Positions 1 to 9,140 of a DNA stretch of 54,761 nucleotides are shown piece by piece. Below the pieces are notes generated by a model that was not told where the DNA came from, did no database searches, and worked only from the letters and a program-made list of their open reading frames with translations. The position numbers and the translations under genes were made by a program. The DNA lies in the IMG/VR virus record IMGVR_UViG_3300020578_000101, positions 1 to 54,761 of that record. One strand, written 5' to 3'. Source of the DNA: a virus (lineage: Duplodnaviria; Caudoviricetes). How positions within the stretch are numbered: the first letter of the stretch is position 1; each line of letters begins with the position of its first letter.

Positions 1-284
1 TGGATGCAATTGCTGGTGGTATCAGACCAATGTTTTTCCAGCCAGTACTTGTATACTGCTGAAGCGTGTCCTCATCCGTGTTGAAGTAAATTGTTCCGAT
101 TGAAGGGCTCGCTGGGCGGTTGGCTTCTGTTCCAGACACGTGACCACCAACGCCAGCGGGGAGTGTGACGGTCTTGCCAGTAAGGTCAAGCGTCGACGCC
201 AACTTACCAGCAGTGACCGCGGTGTCCGCAAGTTTTACGGTGGTAACAGCAGAGTCGGCAAGGTCCGTAGTCTCGACGGTACCG
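1..284. repeat. Terminal direct repeat, copy 1 (circular overlap)
   Basis: Matches 54478-54761; 8 mismatches within 1-158, identical over 159-284. Confidence 0.95.
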
Positions 285-343
285 TCCTGAATGTTTCCGC
301 CCGTGAGTACCCCTTGGTACGGAGCGTTACCGATGTAACTCAT
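1..343 (-). CDS. N-terminal part of Gly-rich tail fibre protein (continues at 54761->53390 across the junction)
   Basis: ATG at 343 gives MSYIGNAPYQGVLTGGNIQDGTVETTDLADSAVTT..., in frame with the 53390..54679 ORF; ~476 aa in total. Confidence 0.85.
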   Translation of the reverse strand, partial: MSYIGNAPYQGVLTGGNIQDGTVETTDLADSAVTTVKLADTAVTAGKLASTLDLTGKTVTLPAGVGGHVSGTEANRPASPSIGTIYFNTDEDTLQQYTSTGWKNIGLIPPAIAS

Positions 344-353
344 CGTCTACCCC

Positions 354-680
354 TTACGCCAGATATGACGCAACAGCGTCGGCAGAGTTGGATGCGCTTG
401 CATAGGCGGTGATCGTGTCACCCTCTTCAATCACAACCTTTTGGTCGCCACCGACAATCGCCAGCGCGCCGCCAGGAAGAATCGTTGCATCCTTCACAAG
501 GAACGCCGAAGAGCCGCCGGACTTGTTTACCTTTGCCGACGCCGTGATGTTCGCCGCCGTCGTGTTGGCGATTGACAGCCCAATGAGCGTCGCCGTCGTT
601 CCAGAAGACACGGCTGCGGTGACGGTCGATGGACTGCCAGAGGTGCCAAGGTTCGGCGTTACTTTTGATTTGAATGCCAT
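354..680 (-). CDS. Virion/tail-fibre-associated small beta-rich protein (paralog of 52203..52556)
   Basis: 108 aa; shares N..T, IP/LP, EEGD and C-terminal SY pattern with the 52203 ORF. Confidence 0.75.
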   Translation of the reverse strand: MAFKSKVTPNLGTSGSPSTVTAAVSSGTTATLIGLSIANTTAANITASAKVNKSGGSSAFLVKDATILPGGALAIVGGDQKVVIEEGDTITAYASASNSADAVASYLA

Positions 681-683
681 TTT

Positions 684-908
684 TTACCCCAGGGCAATTG
701 CCATCGCAATAGCGTTGTTGACTGACTCCGTGTTGCTGGGCACGTCAAGGTTCGTTCTTGCGGTGGCGGCGTTTGAGACGTCGCTGAGATTGGACGACTT
801 CTCCATCTTGTCTGCATTTAGATTGATGAAGTTGTTGTCCATCTCGGCGTTCGTAAGAGGACTGCCTTTGGAGGTAGCCCCCGTTTCACGCGTCACTATG
901 GTTGACAT
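684..908 (-). CDS. Small virion protein
   Basis: KGSPLTNAEMDNNF and NLSDV..AATARTNL motifs typical of tail proteins; ends AIAMAIALG. Confidence 0.75.
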   Translation of the reverse strand: MSTIVTRETGATSKGSPLTNAEMDNNFINLNADKMEKSSNLSDVSNAATARTNLDVPSNTESVNNAIAMAIALG

Positions 909-921
909 GACGCCCTCCTAC

Positions 922-1362
922 TTAGGAGACAGTGATGGTCCAGGTGATCGTCATCGAATCGCCGGACTGTTTGTTCACAACGGGGAACACAGTGCGGCAA
1001 AGCATCGTGCCATCGGAGGCGGCGTTCAGAATGCCAGCCTCGGTCACAGCGCCAGTACCGGTACCCGCACCAAACGTAGCGACATAAGTGACCGTATTCG
1101 TTGACACGGTCGTGGATGTCAGCGAGACGCGACCGAGTTCCGTGCCGAGCGCTGTGTTACCGGCAGCGGCAGCAGTTGTGCCGGAGCCGATAGCCATGTG
1201 GCTCATCACGCTGCTGCTAGTGTCTTTCATGCGGCTGACGATGAAGTTCAGACCGGTGTCGACAACCAGGTTGAGATGATCGAACTGTTCGGTAGTACCG
1301 TCAGCCTTGTTAAGGACAACGCGCAGTTCGCCTTTGAGTTTCAGAATTTCATTCTGGTTCAT
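922..1362 (-). CDS. Tail/fibre-associated structural protein
   Basis: NLVVDTG, MAIGSGTTAA..NTALGTEL.R and EAGILNA motifs; lies in the structural operon. Confidence 0.75.
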   Translation of the reverse strand: MNQNEILKLKGELRVVLNKADGTTEQFDHLNLVVDTGLNFIVSRMKDTSSSVMSHMAIGSGTTAAAAGNTALGTELGRVSLTSTTVSTNTVTYVATFGAGTGTGAVTEAGILNAASDGTMLCRTVFPVVNKQSGDSMTITWTITVS

Positions 1363-1372
1363 TTCAATTTCC

Positions 1373-2995
1373 TCAGAAAGTTAAAGAAGTGCCTACATAG
1401 ATATCAGTGAAGTACGAGACATCACAGTAGTCCGTCATACGGAGCGAACCGCTGTCGCCCGTGCTGGCTTGTTCAGCCAACCCTTTACCAACCAGTGGCA
1501 CATGTATGTCGCTGGTGTGCGCAATATCGGACCGGATGGTCACGAACTGCATGGTCTGGTCATCCTCGGCGGTAGCGGTCCCGTCGAAGTCGTCGGCTGC
1601 GTCGACGACGTCAGATACAGCCTTCGATATGTCGAAGGTCTTGCTCTCTGACAATGTGCCGGTGTCGGACAGTGCCTTTCCGAATATCGACGAGTTAACG
1701 TCTGATACCGTCCAAGAGTCACTGAGGGCGCGACCGAACAACTTGTCCAGCACGTCCGACGACCCAACAGAATCTGCCCTGGCTGCGCTCAATGAGCGTG
1801 TAGCCGCATCAGATGTTGATGCCGAGTCGGATGCTGGCTTCTCAAGGAGACTGCCATGAGACTCAGAAGCCGATCCGGTGTCGTCAAGCGTCCTGACGAA
1901 CAGAGCCTGAACCGCGACTGTGTCGGATACCGTCTTCGCCTCTACGAACGGCTTGTTGAACACCCGAGCCGGACCGCCGTTTCCGACGTACTGACCGGCA
2001 AAGTATCCAAGGATGACGTAGTCCTCAATGAGGTTCGGTCCCTCCCTCTGAGCCCTGACGATCTCTTCCTTTGCCGCCTGGGCGAAAGTAATCGCCGAAG
2101 CATCAGACGCGCCAGCCTCGTCACCAGCCATTGGCTTGACGTAGGCGTAGGAGGTTTGCTCACTGATCTGCGGGGCGTCTGCAATACCTTTACCCAGGAC
2201 GAGCGCCCCCAGGCTGTCAGTCGTGGTCAGGCTATCTGTCTGGTTCTTGCCAAAGTCTGGCACCGCAACATCCGCCACTGTTGCCGCATCAAACCTGTTG
2301 GTCTGCATGAAGAACGTCTGCCCGTCGTCAGACTGGACCAACCCGTTGATCTCGTCTCCGGCGTCAAGACTCTCAGCCAGTGGCTTTTGGTAATCGAAGC
2401 CAAGAACTTCAGACGCATTTAACTGGTCATCGAGACCCTTTGCCACGTTGATGTTTGGGTCCGAGTCAACAGCCGACAACTGTTCTTCGGTGTTCTTCCC
2501 GAACAGAATGTTGTCCGAATCCGACGTCGCCATACCGTCTGGTATGACTCCCTTGACCAGGAACATGACCTGCTCGTCGTCAAGGTTTGCCTCGCCCAAC
2601 AGGTCGTCTGTTGCGTCCACCAAGTCAGCCAGTGATTTGCTGTACTCGTAAACCACAATCTCTGTGAGCGATGAATTCTCTTCGATGCCTTTGTTGATAA
2701 CAAATGGCTGCAACTGATCGACTGCGGTGTGGGACTCTACAAATCCCTTGCCAACGCCAAGCACCGCTGCGTCGACAACAACAGTGATCTCCCTGACAAC
2801 TGGGTTCAGACCGCGGTAATCGACTGCTGCCTCATAGACGATGTTTACCCATTTGATATCCGCTATGGGTACAACACGCGTAATGGCAGCCTGGGCTGCT
2901 CCGGCTTTTGTTCCTACCGAACCGGAGGCGCTGACCGTTACCGACGCAACCGGCGCTGAGATTGTTACGGTCGCGCGGATGCGGGACAGCGCCAT
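1373..2995 (-). CDS. Repetitive Ser/Asp-rich structural (fibre-like) protein
   Basis: 540 aa with degenerate ~20-aa 'FGKxLxDxxxxxD' repeats and two DY...YF...YVG motifs. Confidence 0.75.
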   Translation of the reverse strand: MALSRIRATVTISAPVASVTVSASGSVGTKAGAAQAAITRVVPIADIKWVNIVYEAAVDYRGLNPVVREITVVVDAAVLGVGKGFVESHTAVDQLQPFVINKGIEENSSLTEIVVYEYSKSLADLVDATDDLLGEANLDDEQVMFLVKGVIPDGMATSDSDNILFGKNTEEQLSAVDSDPNINVAKGLDDQLNASEVLGFDYQKPLAESLDAGDEINGLVQSDDGQTFFMQTNRFDAATVADVAVPDFGKNQTDSLTTTDSLGALVLGKGIADAPQISEQTSYAYVKPMAGDEAGASDASAITFAQAAKEEIVRAQREGPNLIEDYVILGYFAGQYVGNGGPARVFNKPFVEAKTVSDTVAVQALFVRTLDDTGSASESHGSLLEKPASDSASTSDAATRSLSAARADSVGSSDVLDKLFGRALSDSWTVSDVNSSIFGKALSDTGTLSESKTFDISKAVSDVVDAADDFDGTATAEDDQTMQFVTIRSDIAHTSDIHVPLVGKGLAEQASTGDSGSLRMTDYCDVSYFTDIYVGTSLTF

Positions 2996-2996
2996 G

Positions 2997-3377
2997 TTAG
3001 AAGTCCTCGCGTAACTTGAACTTCAGCAGGTCGTATACGGTTTGCTTGCTTCCATCAGAGTAGGTGATCTCAATCTCACCCTCGTAATCACCCGCTGGCT
3101 GACTCAGATCTGTCGACCCCCAGTTGAACTGAACCCGACCACCCGTTCCTGGGGTATCGTATGGAGCCAGCGAATTGATCGTCCCGTCCGCCTGGACGAC
3201 GCCAGCCAGAAGGGTGCCGGTCAGGGTCGCTAGGATCGTCGTGTCACCAAGGGCGCGGAAGTACATCCGAGCCGTGGCTCCATTAACGCCAATCGGCGCG
3301 CCGCTGTTCTCGTCGGTAAGGGAAACGATCAGGGCTGGTTTGGTGTCGCCCTGGACGAGTTTAATCTTGGTTGCCAT
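2997..3377 (-). CDS. BppU-like N-terminal domain structural protein
   Basis: IKLVQGDT...GDYEGEIEITYSDG..QT pattern. Confidence 0.65.
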   Translation of the reverse strand: MATKIKLVQGDTKPALIVSLTDENSGAPIGVNGATARMYFRALGDTTILATLTGTLLAGVVQADGTINSLAPYDTPGTGGRVQFNWGSTDLSQPAGDYEGEIEITYSDGSKQTVYDLLKFKLREDF

Positions 3378-4027
3378 TAGATTCTCCGCAGTTGGACGCC
3401 CAGGTCAGAGCGAACATGACCACGGTTGGCGCGCTGCCGTGCGACGTTAACGGCTTGACGGAAGATCTCCATCTGAGCGCCAGCCAGTTGTGGGTTTGTA
3501 TAGGGTTTACCCGGAGACATCATCAGGCGAGCCTTGGCTCCAGCCGCAATGGCTTCCGAGTAGTCTTCGAAAATCACATCCTCAACAGTTGTTGAGGTCC
3601 TCGATGGTTTGAACGCCACCCGCATCGTCAACCCGTTGGCAACCGTCTCAGCCGGGATTGGGTAAATGGACAGGGTCCGCTCATCCTTTTGAAGGATGTA
3701 CCGAGGGTCCTGGCGGTCTACGTTTGCACCGCGGAACAACCGGTTATAGACCTCAGCGTTCTGCACATCGTCAGGAGCCAGTGGCGTCAACTCGGTACCT
3801 TTGTACCAAGCGCGCATGATGCGCGTCGCCAGTTGCCCAGTGGGCGGCTCAAAGTCGTAATCGACAATGCCAGCCACCACGGTCACTGGGTCGTGGTCCC
3901 TTTGGAGGATTAGACTTTTCTCGCAGAACTCGACGCAGGAGTTCTTGATTGCATGGGTCGCAATCTCCAGGGTGCAGCCAGGGACGTCTGGCATGACGTC
4001 ATTCAGGAATGCGGTATAGGCGCTCAT
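3377..4027 (-). CDS. Head-tail adaptor / tail tubular protein A-like
   Basis: 216 aa downstream of the capsid gene; EFCEKS and AIAAGAKARLM..PGKPY motifs. Confidence 0.7.
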   Translation of the reverse strand: MSAYTAFLNDVMPDVPGCTLEIATHAIKNSCVEFCEKSLILQRDHDPVTVVAGIVDYDFEPPTGQLATRIMRAWYKGTELTPLAPDDVQNAEVYNRLFRGANVDRQDPRYILQKDERTLSIYPIPAETVANGLTMRVAFKPSRTSTTVEDVIFEDYSEAIAAGAKARLMMSPGKPYTNPQLAGAQMEIFRQAVNVARQRANRGHVRSDLGVQLRRI

Positions 4028-4356
4028 GCTGTCATCAATCCATTCTTGAACCGCTGGAAGAACGCGGTCGCACGGACGGCGGAGTTCTCTTCGTCCTCAC
4101 GCAAGCCAGCACGGAACACCACGTAGTCCTTAACAAAGGTCACGTACAAGTCGTCAATAGGTATGTTGTCCGTACCTAGATACGTAGACAGCGACGCGGT
4201 GTACGAGCCAAAGAACAAATCGGGGCGAACCTTCTTCACCTCACGGATGCCGTCGTTCGCAAAACGGAGCATGTCAGCGCCCGAGTAACGGGTGCCAGCC
4301 ACGTCGTTCAGATCGACGCGCGCATCACTGATGACTTGGTTGAAGGTGGTTGCCAT
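4024..4356 (-). CDS. Head-tail adaptor-like protein
   Basis: AR..LND..G.RYS...L....NDG....V..RPD motif; position after the capsid gene. Confidence 0.65.
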   Translation of the reverse strand: MATTFNQVISDARVDLNDVAGTRYSGADMLRFANDGIREVKKVRPDLFFGSYTASLSTYLGTDNIPIDDLYVTFVKDYVVFRAGLREDEENSAVRATAFFQRFKNGLMTA

Positions 4357-4510
4357 TCCTGTTTACCCTTTTTCTCTTAACAACGACCTGTTGCTGTTGG
4401 GGAACAACCGGCTCTTGCTTCGGTTCTTCGTAGATCTCGAACTCCGGGTCGTTAGCCAGAACCTTCGAGTACACGTACACAAATCCTGTCCGCTTGTTCT
4501 TCAAAAACAT
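4325..4510 (-). CDS. Small hypothetical protein
   Basis: 61 aa with AGGAG RBS, directly after the capsid gene. Confidence 0.55.
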   Translation of the reverse strand: MFLKNKRTGFVYVYSKVLANDPEFEIYEEPKQEPVVPQQQQVVVKRKRVNRNGNHLQPSHQ

Positions 4511-4527
4511 TAGGTCTCCTTAATGAC

Positions 4528-4552
4528 CGGGTGAGGGCGTGAGCCCCCACCC
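4528..4552 (-). terminator. Hairpin after major capsid gene
   Basis: GGGTGAGGGC-GTGA-GCCCCCACCC stem-loop; no clear U tract, so it may be a stabilising hairpin. Confidence 0.4.
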
Positions 4553-4560
4553 GTCAAGGT

Positions 4561-5535
4561 TTAGCCCTTGTAGAAGAAACCTTCTACGAGTGCTTCAGGC
4601 TTAATGACCTTGTAGCCATACACGTTCAGACCACGAACGATGTTGCCGAACGTAGAGGTGCTACGCAGGGTTTCCATCTTGGTGATCTGTGACGCGAAGG
4701 TGATTGCGTCACGGGTACCGGCAAAGGTCGAGAACGCTTTCACGCTGGAGTCCGCACCTTCGCCAGTGATGCTGGTCTGGCTGGGGAGCAGGTTGCTCAC
4801 ATACAGGGTGAAGCGATCGATCATGCCGAGACGACCGTTACGCAAGGGGGTCATCGAATCGCCGGTGATCGAAGCGTCCTTCAGATCGGAGGTCTTGATC
4901 TTTGCCGCCATCCAGGCGGGGATCAACATCCAACGACCATCTTCAGGAGCGTTCTGCTCGTCCAAGCACTGACCCATCGAGATGATGTAGTCGATCACGT
5001 TGGTGCTAGTGATCTTGCGAGCAGCCTTCGAATTTCCAGTCGAAACGCCGAGGTTGATATCGCCCGAGATGGCACCAGCCGTTGCGCCTTCGTTGGCTGA
5101 CACAGAAGCGCCAACCAAAGCAGACAGAACGTCAGTGTCGACGGCAATCTTCATCTGCTGACTTGCGTCATTGGTGAAGATGTCCATCAGTTTGAGGTCG
5201 GACTGCACATCATCCACATCGTCCACAACGACTTGGAAGTACTTACCCTTGTCGATGTTCAGTTCAACCACGTCATTGGTGGGAACCTGAGAGGTCAGGC
5301 TCATACCTTTGGTGTAGTTGTTGATGGTGATGGAGGGCACGGTACGGATCTCGACCTTGTCGCCTTGATCTTTGATCTCACCTTCCCAGTCATTGTTCGT
5401 GATTTCAGACAGAACAGTCGTCTGATAGAACTTGACTTGGAGTTTGCCCGACCAAATTTCGGGAATGAACTTACCGGAGTAAGCATCGCTTGCACTACCA
5501 GCCGTGTAGTAGCCGGAGGTTACGCCAACAGACAT
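4561..5535 (-). CDS. Major capsid protein
   Basis: 324 aa; FIPEIWS, WEGEI...GD.V.I and N.P..GR motifs; follows the scaffold gene. Confidence 0.9.
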   Translation of the reverse strand: MSVGVTSGYYTAGSASDAYSGKFIPEIWSGKLQVKFYQTTVLSEITNNDWEGEIKDQGDKVEIRTVPSITINNYTKGMSLTSQVPTNDVVELNIDKGKYFQVVVDDVDDVQSDLKLMDIFTNDASQQMKIAVDTDVLSALVGASVSANEGATAGAISGDINLGVSTGNSKAARKITSTNVIDYIISMGQCLDEQNAPEDGRWMLIPAWMAAKIKTSDLKDASITGDSMTPLRNGRLGMIDRFTLYVSNLLPSQTSITGEGADSSVKAFSTFAGTRDAITFASQITKMETLRSTSTFGNIVRGLNVYGYKVIKPEALVEGFFYKG

Positions 5536-5576
5536 GATGGTTTCCTTTCGTTAATGTCTGTGCCGCCCTCGCAGGT

Positions 5577-6554
5577 TTAACGGAATCGTCCTTCTGCTTG
5601 AGCGGCAAATATGTCTTGCTCTATCCTCACCGCCTCATCCTGTGAATACTTGCCACGGCGCATGTCGTCGTAGAAACGAGCGACCTCTGCGTTCGTGTAA
5701 GTTCTCTTGCCCTGCGGTGGTGCCGTACGTCCAGTGACCTTTGGGGTCACCTGTGGCTCCAGGCTTGGCTTTGGAGGGGGAGGTTCTTGTTTGGGCATGC
5801 CGTCTGAGAAAGCGTTGAAGAAGTTGGCAACGCGCCACGCATCCAACTTCTCGTATGCGTCGTCGAACAGTTGTTGGCGCTGTGCCCCGGTATAGGGGTC
5901 AAGTTCGCCAAGCCAGTCAAGGAATCCCTTGTCTTCGTTCAACGACTGCCATGTCGGTGACAAGCCGCCAAGTTCCTCGAAGAAACGTTTGCGCTCCAGG
6001 TTGCTCTGGGTCTTGCGCACCTCTTCGACCGACTGCTTGAGAGTTTCGACATCCCCTGGCACAACCTCACGGGCTGCGCGCTTGACGAAGTCGACGAACT
6101 TCTCACCGTATTCCTCAATCTCCTCTGGCTTGATCTGCGAAGAGGCAGGTTGGGTCGGTTGCTGCGGAGTAGAAAGTTTTCGCTTCAGGTCCTCGATCTC
6201 CGCCTTTAAGGTGCGGATCTCGGCTGCGTACCTTGGTACCTCAGCGCTGTACTTGTTAGCGATGACTTTATACTTCTGCTCCCAACTCGGATCGTTGGGG
6301 TCGGCGTCCGGAAACTTCGGCTTCGGCGCATCAGGAGCGTTTTCCTTTGGCGTCTCGGCTACAGGGTCTGTAGTTTGAGTCGCGTCTGGAGCGCTGGCTG
6401 TAGGCTCAGGCGTCGGTTGCGGATCTTGAGGTTGGGTCTTTTCACCCGGTTCCTCGTTCTTAGGAGCCTCGTCTGAGGTCTTCCCGTAGGCTTGTTGGTA
6501 CAACTCGTCAGCAAGTTGGGCTTGCTTCTCAACTGCTTTATTCACTTTGGGCAT
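5577..6554 (-). CDS. Capsid scaffolding protein
   Basis: Pro/Gln/Glu-rich with coiled coil; lies between portal and capsid genes. Confidence 0.75.
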   Translation of the reverse strand: MPKVNKAVEKQAQLADELYQQAYGKTSDEAPKNEEPGEKTQPQDPQPTPEPTASAPDATQTTDPVAETPKENAPDAPKPKFPDADPNDPSWEQKYKVIANKYSAEVPRYAAEIRTLKAEIEDLKRKLSTPQQPTQPASSQIKPEEIEEYGEKFVDFVKRAAREVVPGDVETLKQSVEEVRKTQSNLERKRFFEELGGLSPTWQSLNEDKGFLDWLGELDPYTGAQRQQLFDDAYEKLDAWRVANFFNAFSDGMPKQEPPPPKPSLEPQVTPKVTGRTAPPQGKRTYTNAEVARFYDDMRRGKYSQDEAVRIEQDIFAAQAEGRFR

Positions 6555-6632
6555 GTATCACTCCGTGAGCCGACCTTCGCGCAAGAGAGCCTGACGGTAT
6601 TCTCTGCCTACGATCCGGTATTCTCGGCAATC

Positions 6633-6656
6633 AAAAAAAATCCGGGTTGCCCCGGT
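6633..6656 (-). terminator. Intrinsic terminator upstream of scaffold gene
   Basis: Minus strand ACCGGG-GCAA-CCCGGA followed by T8. Confidence 0.65.
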
Positions 6657-6665
6657 CCAAGTACG

Positions 6666-6869
6666 CTACTTACGAGCGCACATCTCAGCGATATCTCGTA
6701 ATGCTTGGCAGTAGCCTTGCAGTTTGTGCGATTGGAGCGCTACCGTCGCGTCTTCCAATTCGACCAACCTCTCATTACGATACGCCGCTAGATACTGCAA
6801 AAGAGCCTGGAAATCTCCGTCAGCGCCCAACCGACGGATAGATTCCCGAACTCTTTGATCTGGGTTCAT
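6666..6869 (-). CDS. Small helical protein of the portal-scaffold region
   Basis: 67 aa, LQG...AL motif, tightly packed. Confidence 0.65.
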   Translation of the reverse strand: MNPDQRVRESIRRLGADGDFQALLQYLAAYRNERLVELEDATVALQSHKLQGYCQALRDIAEMCARK

Positions 6870-7216
6870 TACTTCTTAAATGACTGGCGCTGCCAGGACA
6901 TGCAGTCAGAGCGAGGCATTACCATCCCGCCGTTGCGCAGTAACTCGTTGCCGAACTCGTCGTACCGCGGGTCAGGCTTCTTCATCGAGTCAGTATTGTT
7001 AGTCACCGTTACAGGCGCGGCATTTGATGGGACGAGCGGGTTGACGGTAGGAGGGGTCGTTGCCTTCTCCTCCGTCTTCTGCGCGCCTATCATCTTGCCA
7101 AGGATTTGTTCATAGATCTTGTCTTGCTTCTCTTCGCGAGTCTTGCGGTCTTTGGCTTGGCGACCGGCGATAAATCCGCCGAGGATGCCAGCACCGAGGT
7201 TTGCCATCTTGCTCAT
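6869..7216 (-). CDS. Hypothetical protein
   Basis: 115 aa, coupled to the portal stop codon. Confidence 0.6.
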   Translation of the reverse strand: MSKMANLGAGILGGFIAGRQAKDRKTREEKQDKIYEQILGKMIGAQKTEEKATTPPTVNPLVPSNAAPVTVTNNTDSMKKPDPRYDEFGNELLRNGGMVMPRSDCMSWQRQSFKK

Positions 7217-9138
7217 TGCATTCCTTCCATGGGAGGTTGTTGTTGCTGTTGGGCAGCAGCCATCTGCATGGCTTGCTGTTGCTTCTGCTGTTCGATGATC
7301 TCTTCTGGGGACGGAATCAGTTTGTCCACGTCCATGTTCAAGGTCTTTGCCGCTTCGCGTAGCAGTGCTGCGCGACCAGCAGGACCCATGATCTGAATAT
7401 CAACCGGGTTCGAGGTAAGTTGCAAGAACTCGTTTCTGCGCTGTTGCACCGACTCTTTCAGGAGCGTCCCAACTACACCAGCCGGAATAATCTGCATGTC
7501 TCCCTTAATGGAGTCATCTGGGTCGTAGATCATGATGTGGTCATACATGCGCTGAAGGACCTCACTAACCGCGCTATCCAATGAAAGAATGGCGGTCTTA
7601 ATTCCTTTTGCGGCATTCTCCATCAGCATCGACAAACCAGATGCGGTGCGACCAGCACCCGACACGTTGCTACTGCCGTAGACGTAGTTCGGTACACCAG
7701 TCACTTCGTCAGCAATCTTCTGGAAGTACTGGTACACGTTGAGCAGGGTCTCGGCGTTCATACTCGGCTGGAAGAACCTGACGGCTGGCTGACCGCCACC
7801 GGTTCTATCTGATGTGGTCTGCCAGATCTTCCAGGGGTACATCTTGGTCAGGTCTTCACCATCAGGCAGTCGGTCAACAGAGACCTCGACCTGGGGACCA
7901 GACGCAATGCCCATGTTGTTTGCCAAGGCGCGAGCCGCGGCATTGCAGACAATCTGCACGTCGCGCATCATCTCAGGCAACGCCAGCCCCCAGAATGCGC
8001 CGGGGATGTTCTCCCATGACGCTTTGCTGTAAGGACGGCGACCAAGAGGATCGACGTTCAGAGCCGATTTGATCACAAAGTTGCCAACAACCCAGACGTT
8101 GACCTCATACTCGCGCCAGTCTTCTACGTTGTCCATACCCCATTCGCGAAGCATGTACCCGGAGACTGGACCCCAGAACTCAATGCCTTCGATTAGTTCG
8201 GTGCCAACCAGGGTATTGTTGCGACCCTGAAGCAGGTTGCGCTCTGTGTCGGACTGAACCAGTTCACGGTGACCGGTGGTCCCGTAGGTCATCAGAACCT
8301 CGTCAATCGCTTGCATGTTGTACTGCGGCATGCCGCGCATACCCTCAAGGTCAACACGGGTCAGTTGATGACGCTGAATGATGTAGCCGTCTTGGGTGGT
8401 AACGGCGTTAGGCGAGGGGAAAATGTCGTAAGGGGAGACGCGCTCAAAGTCCTCGACGATCTCTTCATCGACCTTTGGCGTCCAGTTCTTGCCCCACTTC
8501 AGAACCTTCTTCTTGCGAATGACTGGTCCTTTAATGAATGCGCAGGGGAAAGTTGCAAAGTCGTAGACCACTTCGCCCAGGCGATCCTTGAAGTGCGCGT
8601 GTTCCATCTTGTCTTGGATGCGCTTCTCCATGCCACGGGCTGCTTCGAGGGTCTTCTCCTTTAAGCGCTTCTTAACCTCTTCGTAGATCTCGCCCATACG
8701 AGCGTCAATGACCTTGGGGTTAACCCCAATCCCAGACATCTGGATCTCATTGGCTTCAGCAACAACTGTTTCAATAACCTCGTCGCGCAGTTCGTTGGGG
8801 ACGCTCGGCTCGGCGGTGGGGGTCAGGCTCCAGGACTTTTCACCCGTCGAGAACATGACGTCCTTCATCCAGGACTCAGCCGCACGGCACTTAATGTCCG
8901 TCAGCATCATGAAGATGTCTGAGCCACCGGTCTCACGGATCATGGAAAGTTTGTCCGGGTCGTACTCTCCACGGCGCTGGCGCTCGCAGCGCAGCAGACG
9001 CTCGGTAATGTCCGACCTGGCGGACTTCGCCTCTTCGTAGCAACGCTTAATGTAGGCGGTCAAAGAGAGAATAACGATCTCACTCTCAATCTTCGACTCT
9101 TCCTGCGCTGTCTGTAATCGTGTGGTTTGTAGTGCCAT
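7213..9138 (-). CDS. Portal protein
   Basis: 641 aa directly after TerL; RTASGLSML motif and Gln-rich C-terminus. Confidence 0.9.
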   Translation of the reverse strand: MALQTTRLQTAQEESKIESEIVILSLTAYIKRCYEEAKSARSDITERLLRCERQRRGEYDPDKLSMIRETGGSDIFMMLTDIKCRAAESWMKDVMFSTGEKSWSLTPTAEPSVPNELRDEVIETVVAEANEIQMSGIGVNPKVIDARMGEIYEEVKKRLKEKTLEAARGMEKRIQDKMEHAHFKDRLGEVVYDFATFPCAFIKGPVIRKKKVLKWGKNWTPKVDEEIVEDFERVSPYDIFPSPNAVTTQDGYIIQRHQLTRVDLEGMRGMPQYNMQAIDEVLMTYGTTGHRELVQSDTERNLLQGRNNTLVGTELIEGIEFWGPVSGYMLREWGMDNVEDWREYEVNVWVVGNFVIKSALNVDPLGRRPYSKASWENIPGAFWGLALPEMMRDVQIVCNAAARALANNMGIASGPQVEVSVDRLPDGEDLTKMYPWKIWQTTSDRTGGGQPAVRFFQPSMNAETLLNVYQYFQKIADEVTGVPNYVYGSSNVSGAGRTASGLSMLMENAAKGIKTAILSLDSAVSEVLQRMYDHIMIYDPDDSIKGDMQIIPAGVVGTLLKESVQQRRNEFLQLTSNPVDIQIMGPAGRAALLREAAKTLNMDVDKLIPSPEEIIEQQKQQQAMQMAAAQQQQQPPMEGMQ

Positions 9139-9140
9139 GT

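Noticed and set aside
1-284. Diversity-generating retroelement TR/VR pair
   Set aside because: Mismatches are not adenine-specific on either strand, and no reverse transcriptase is evident.
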